A stretch of DNA of 64,000 nucleotides from Nitrospirota bacterium (lineage in GTDB: Bacteria; Nitrospirota; Nitrospiria; Nitrospirales; Nitrospiraceae). The notes beneath the pieces are model-generated. The model made no database searches. It was given only the letters and a program-made list of their open reading frames with translations, and was not told the origin of the DNA. Position 1 is the first letter of the stretch; every line of letters begins with the position of its first letter. The translations under genes and the position numbers were made by a program. The stretch is taken from positions 96,001-160,000 of the forward strand of contig CAVPGK010000011.1 in NCBI GenBank assembly GCA_963703955.1, in the 5' to 3' direction. Below, in pieces: positions 59,918 to 64,000 of the stretch.

Positions 59918-62245
59918 CTACGAAGCGCGTTGGTGCGCCTCCTTACTCTCTGTAATGTCGATGGCAATCCCGCATACGGCGTAAGCCTTTCCAGAAGCAT
60001 CGACCAGGGGGAACTTCAAGGAGCGAAAGGTATGTTCGCCATCGTCCAGCAAGACTACTTCTTCAATCTCCAACGGCCGCCGACTTTCGATTACTCGCAG
60101 ATCGTTGCCTCGCAAGATATCCGCGATCCCCTTGGGGAATACGTCGTGAACCGACACGCCGGAGATGTCACGACGGGAACGGTGAAATAACGTCTCCCAT
60201 CGACTGTTGACGAGCAGATAACGCCCATGAAGGTCTTTGACCTGAATCACGGCAGGGCAGAGATCGAGAATCGATTGGAGCCACTGTTCGCTGTGGTGCA
60301 ACGCCTCCTCCGCCCGCTTGAGCTCGGTAATGTCCTGGGCGATACCGCCGATGCACCGCTGTCCCCCCGCGCTCTTGATTGGAAACTTGACGAGCCAGGC
60401 AAACCGGAGATCCCCCTGAGCATCAGGAGCCATTTCCACTCCTTCCACCGGACCATTGGTCTCTAACACCTGCCGATCACTTTGGCGACACGTCGCGGCG
60501 GTATCCGGAGGCCAGAGTTCTTCATCTGTCCTTCCCATCCACTCAGTGTGAGTCCTGTTAAAGTGCCGTTCCCACGTTCTATTGACGTAGAGGTAATGAC
60601 CCTCCTCATCTTTGATGAAGGCGAGAGCCGGGCTATTGTCCATGAAGGCACGAAAGCGTGCCTCACTCGCCTGCAAGGCCTCCTCGGCCTCCCGACGCTC
60701 CGTGATGTCCTGCGCAAAAACCAACACCCCTACCACGGTGCCTTGGGCATCACGGTATGGGACCTTGTCTGTCTGGACCCACCGCTTTTCTCCGGATGCC
60801 GTTTGGTACAACTCCATGATGCCGAGCTTTGGCTTCCCTGACGTGATGACCGCCAGATCATCCTGGTAGTACTTCTCGGCTTCTTCCGGATAAAGATCAT
60901 ACGTGGATTGCCCTTCCACTTCGGCGATGGTTCGGTTGATCGATTGCGCCGCCAGCCGGTTGGTTCGGATGATTCTGTTGTGGCAGTCCTTGTACCAGAC
61001 CATGGCCGGCATGAGGTCCAGCAAGACCTGCTGCTCGATCTGCCGCTGGGAAAGCTGCGCCTCGGCTCGCTTCCGTTCGGTAATGTCCTGCACAGTTCCC
61101 AACAGACGGATGGCTCGCTCGCCTGCGCCACGCACTACACGACCTTTACAGCCGAGCCATCGAACCTCTCCATTTGGCCAGATGATGCGGTGTTCGATCT
61201 CGTACTCCATTCCTTTCTTCAAAACATGAGCAATGGCCGTCTCCACCGAGCTACGATCTTCAGGATGGATCAGGTCCAAAAACGCGGCGGAAGTTCCCCG
61301 GAAAGCGTCTTGAGGCACCCCGAACAGACGACAGACGTGTTCCGACCACATGACTCGGTCACTCGCCACTTCCCAGTCCCAAGTACCCATATTCGCCGCC
61401 ATCAGCGCGAGCCGAAGTCGTTCCTCGCTTTCTTGGAGTCGAGCCTGCGCCTCCCTACGTTCCGTGATGTCTCGGATGAACCCGCTGTAGAAGGTTCCTT
61501 CGCTAGACTTCCAGAATCCCAAGCAAAACTCCGCCGGAAACTCCGTTCCATCTTTCCGCAAGCCGTGCAGTTCAACTGTTCGTCCCACGAAGCGACGTTC
61601 GAGGATTCCCGCTACCTGATCGAGACTATCCTGGCCCCCCCGCCGATACCGGCCGGGGAACAGCAGGCTGAACGGCTTGCCGATCACCTCATCGTCGGTA
61701 TAGCCAAAGAGCTGCCGTGCGGCTTGATTCCATGACACAATGTAGCCCCGCTGATCAGCCAGCATGATCGCATCGGTGGCAGCCTCCATGACCGATTGGA
61801 ACCGTTGCTCACTGTCGCTCAACGCGCGTTCGATCTGCTCGGCCTTCAGTGAAAGGGATTTGACCCCAACAGCGCGCGCCAGCGTCGCTTTGAGCTGCTC
61901 CTTGTTATAAGGTTTCGTCAAATAGGCATACGCTCCTTGGCGCAACAACCCAGTGGTCTTCTCCTCAGCGGTAAATGCTGTGAGAATAATAACGGGCAGG
62001 TGGGAATCCAAGTCGGTCAGAGTTCGGAGCACCGAGGCACCGTCAATATCCGGCAAGCCAAGGTCCAAGATGACTGCAGTAAACCGAGTAGCCTTAGCCT
62101 TGGTAATTGCCTCGGTCCCTGTCCCAACATAGTGGACCCGATAGCCCTCGTGTTCGAGTAGATCCGATAGCGCACGACAAATGTCTGCGTCGTCATCCAC
62201 AATCAGAACCGTGGCCTCAGCTACATCGCTAGATTGAACAGTCAT
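59918..62245 (-). CDS. REC plus five PAS domains, no output domain
   Basis: LIVDDD..LDLGLP..LTKP followed by five PAS/PAC units each ending in DITE. Confidence 0.88.
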   Translation of the reverse strand: MTVQSSDVAEATVLIVDDDADICRALSDLLEHEGYRVHYVGTGTEAITKAKATRFTAVILDLGLPDIDGASVLRTLTDLDSHLPVIILTAFTAEEKTTGLLRQGAYAYLTKPYNKEQLKATLARAVGVKSLSLKAEQIERALSDSEQRFQSVMEAATDAIMLADQRGYIVSWNQAARQLFGYTDDEVIGKPFSLLFPGRYRRGGQDSLDQVAGILERRFVGRTVELHGLRKDGTEFPAEFCLGFWKSSEGTFYSGFIRDITERREAQARLQESEERLRLALMAANMGTWDWEVASDRVMWSEHVCRLFGVPQDAFRGTSAAFLDLIHPEDRSSVETAIAHVLKKGMEYEIEHRIIWPNGEVRWLGCKGRVVRGAGERAIRLLGTVQDITERKRAEAQLSQRQIEQQVLLDLMPAMVWYKDCHNRIIRTNRLAAQSINRTIAEVEGQSTYDLYPEEAEKYYQDDLAVITSGKPKLGIMELYQTASGEKRWVQTDKVPYRDAQGTVVGVLVFAQDITERREAEEALQASEARFRAFMDNSPALAFIKDEEGHYLYVNRTWERHFNRTHTEWMGRTDEELWPPDTAATCRQSDRQVLETNGPVEGVEMAPDAQGDLRFAWLVKFPIKSAGGQRCIGGIAQDITELKRAEEALHHSEQWLQSILDLCPAVIQVKDLHGRYLLVNSRWETLFHRSRRDISGVSVHDVFPKGIADILRGNDLRVIESRRPLEIEEVVLLDDGEHTFRSLKFPLVDASGKAYAVCGIAIDITESKEAHQRAS

Positions 62246-62781
62246 CTGGCACTTCAAGGCTAGTCGCTCTTGGTACTGACCGGACCCGGGGGAGTGACTG
62301 GAGTGAGCCCAGTACACGCTCGGGAATAATCCGACAGTTCCTCTTGCCACAAATCCTTCACCGAGTCAATGGACTTGGACGCGTCCCAATCTTAAGTGGG
62401 CAAGACTGATACGTCATTGAGCGTGAAAGAGAGCCGGATGAATGTCAGAAGCCGTTGATTATCCTACTTAGGCATTATCGTGAGGATAACTGCCACATTG
62501 GGGTAGAAGGTGATCACCATGCCACCAACACTTACTTGTATATGGATTTTTTCTGGCGGTCATACCGACCTTGATCGCTGCGCGGTTCACTAATGAGATA
62601 CGCGACATTATCCTTTTCGATACGATGCTTTCACACGAGAAACATCCACCATTTCCTTGTTAATCGCGCTTCTTCAACACGTTGGCTTTCATCGATCGCG
62701 AACGTCAACACGGGTGCGTTCTTTGCTCATAGTACAAAGTAATTAGGATTACAGAGCACTCTAGAATTCCAGGAGGCTGCC

Positions 62782-63156
62782 ATGAAGAACTCACTTACAA
62801 CGATTGGTTGCATATGTCTCTTGCTAGTCCCTGTTGCCTGTGCCCATCACACATGTAGCGGCAAGGAAATGGTGGACATGAAGGACAAGGGATTCACTGT
62901 GGACCAGATCGATAACATGTGCACCAGCTACAAGGTGCCCGACGAAACGGTCAATGCGATGAGTCAGATGGCGCAGACGCTTACGCAGACCCTGACAAAG
63001 ACACCAGTTGCTCAGAATTCCAACAGCCGGGCCCAGACTGGAGCAACGACCTGTTCTACACAATACGGGAGCTGTCCACTGATGCAACCGGGGAGCAGCG
63101 GTGCTCCATGTGCATGCTTCACTCCTAACGGAGCGATCCCTGGGGTAATGCGGTGA
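62782..63156 (+). CDS. Cys-rich putative lipoprotein
   Basis: GGAGG RBS, PVAC lipobox-like signal, C-terminal CSTQYGSCPL..PCAC. Confidence 0.75.
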   Translation: MKNSLTTIGCICLLLVPVACAHHTCSGKEMVDMKDKGFTVDQIDNMCTSYKVPDETVNAMSQMAQTLTQTLTKTPVAQNSNSRAQTGATTCSTQYGSCPLMQPGSSGAPCACFTPNGAIPGVMR

Positions 63157-63282
63157 GCAGGCCGCATCCACTTGTGATTAACTCCTGTGGCGAATGTTCG
63201 GAATTCGTAGTGCTTCCTCGTGTCTATGGTGGCAATCTCTCATGGTATACCCTTTCCGTAAGAGTATGCCGGAGGTGATCCT

Positions 63283-63687
63283 ATGAATAGCATGAATCCA
63301 GGGAACGGTGTGTTCCGAGGGATAGGGTGGCTTGTTGGAAGTGCCATCATGTTGCTCTTCATCAGCGCGGGACTGACGCTATTGGGGAACCGGGCGCTCG
63401 GCCACACCGATGTGTCCACCGTGCTCCTGCTTTTCCATTTCGCTGCCTGGTCGTATGTCGCGGGTATCCTCGGGTTGGTTTTCCCGTCAGTGTCGTGGCT
63501 GCTCCTTGGCATGACACGGCGTGCCGTGAGACGCATCCCTGCGGAGTGGAGTTATCGACGGCCCGAACATTCGGAATTGGACGCTCATCAATTTCTTGAG
63601 CACGGCGTGGCGAAGGGTATTGCGAATCGATCGGCCAGGGCGGGTCGTGAAGAGAAGGAGGCAACTAGCCTCACTAGAGTCGCCTAG
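63283..63687 (+). CDS. Hypothetical membrane protein
   Basis: GGAGG RBS, two hydrophobic segments. Confidence 0.6.
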   Translation: MNSMNPGNGVFRGIGWLVGSAIMLLFISAGLTLLGNRALGHTDVSTVLLLFHFAAWSYVAGILGLVFPSVSWLLLGMTRRAVRRIPAEWSYRRPEHSELDAHQFLEHGVAKGIANRSARAGREEKEATSLTRVA

Positions 63688-63721
63688 CAGGTTATACGGC
63701 TCATGCAAGGAGTATTGTGAA

Positions 63722-63865
63722 ATGACTTGGCTCGTAACCTTCTGCACGATCGTGTTTCCCGGACTGCTCGTACTGGTCATGATTCTCGATTGTTTCAACC
63801 CGACGGTCGTTTCTCGATCCCACAATTCCAACAAAACGTCTCAGGCGGAGCAGGAAATCCTATGA
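63722..63865 (+). CDS. 47-aa single-TM small protein
   Basis: AAGGAG RBS; MTWLVTFCTIVFPGLLVLVMILD. Confidence 0.45.
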   Translation: MTWLVTFCTIVFPGLLVLVMILDCFNPTVVSRSHNSNKTSQAEQEIL

Positions 63866-64000
63866 CATCGTCTTCTTCCCTTGTGGGTGGACTCCATGAC
63901 GTTGTGATCACGCACGCTTGGTAATTTCACCATCGGCATCTTTTGATCAAATTTAGCGTTTTGTACAAAATGAAGAGAGGCAAACGTATGACCCACATTG

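Overview
A 64-kb, mostly GC-rich bacterial chromosomal segment. Gene content and style suggest Nitrospira/Nitrospirota, but that is an inference. The left end (1-3870) is visibly AT-richer and carries an OmpA-domain gene, a Rab-like small GTPase, an output-less PAS protein and an intact IS630. Next come a minus-strand operon (hypothetical, PLD/Nuc-like, FAD monooxygenase, degenerate nucleotidyltransferase, TPM) and an 8-gene ubiquitin-like sulfur-relay operon (ThiS-like, cysK, E1, thrC-like, MoaD/CysO-like, NIL, E1, JAMM). These are followed by an ABC exporter, def, and a CzcCBA-type RND system containing a multiply deleted remnant of a second czcA paralogue. The middle and right hold potABCD, dispersed glycogen genes (glgC, glgA, malQ), a Ski2/HelY-like helicase split into two genes in reversed order, recO, a two-component pair, queC, dksA-like, apt, an RpoS-like sigma factor, acyP, tRNA-Pro(CGG), ald, a small Fe-S protein cluster, squalene synthase, htpX, glutathione peroxidase, YqeY, a REC-GGDEF protein and a REC-5xPAS protein. 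Three diverged copies of a structured MITE-like repeat are present. No CRISPR array, rRNA or prophage was seen.
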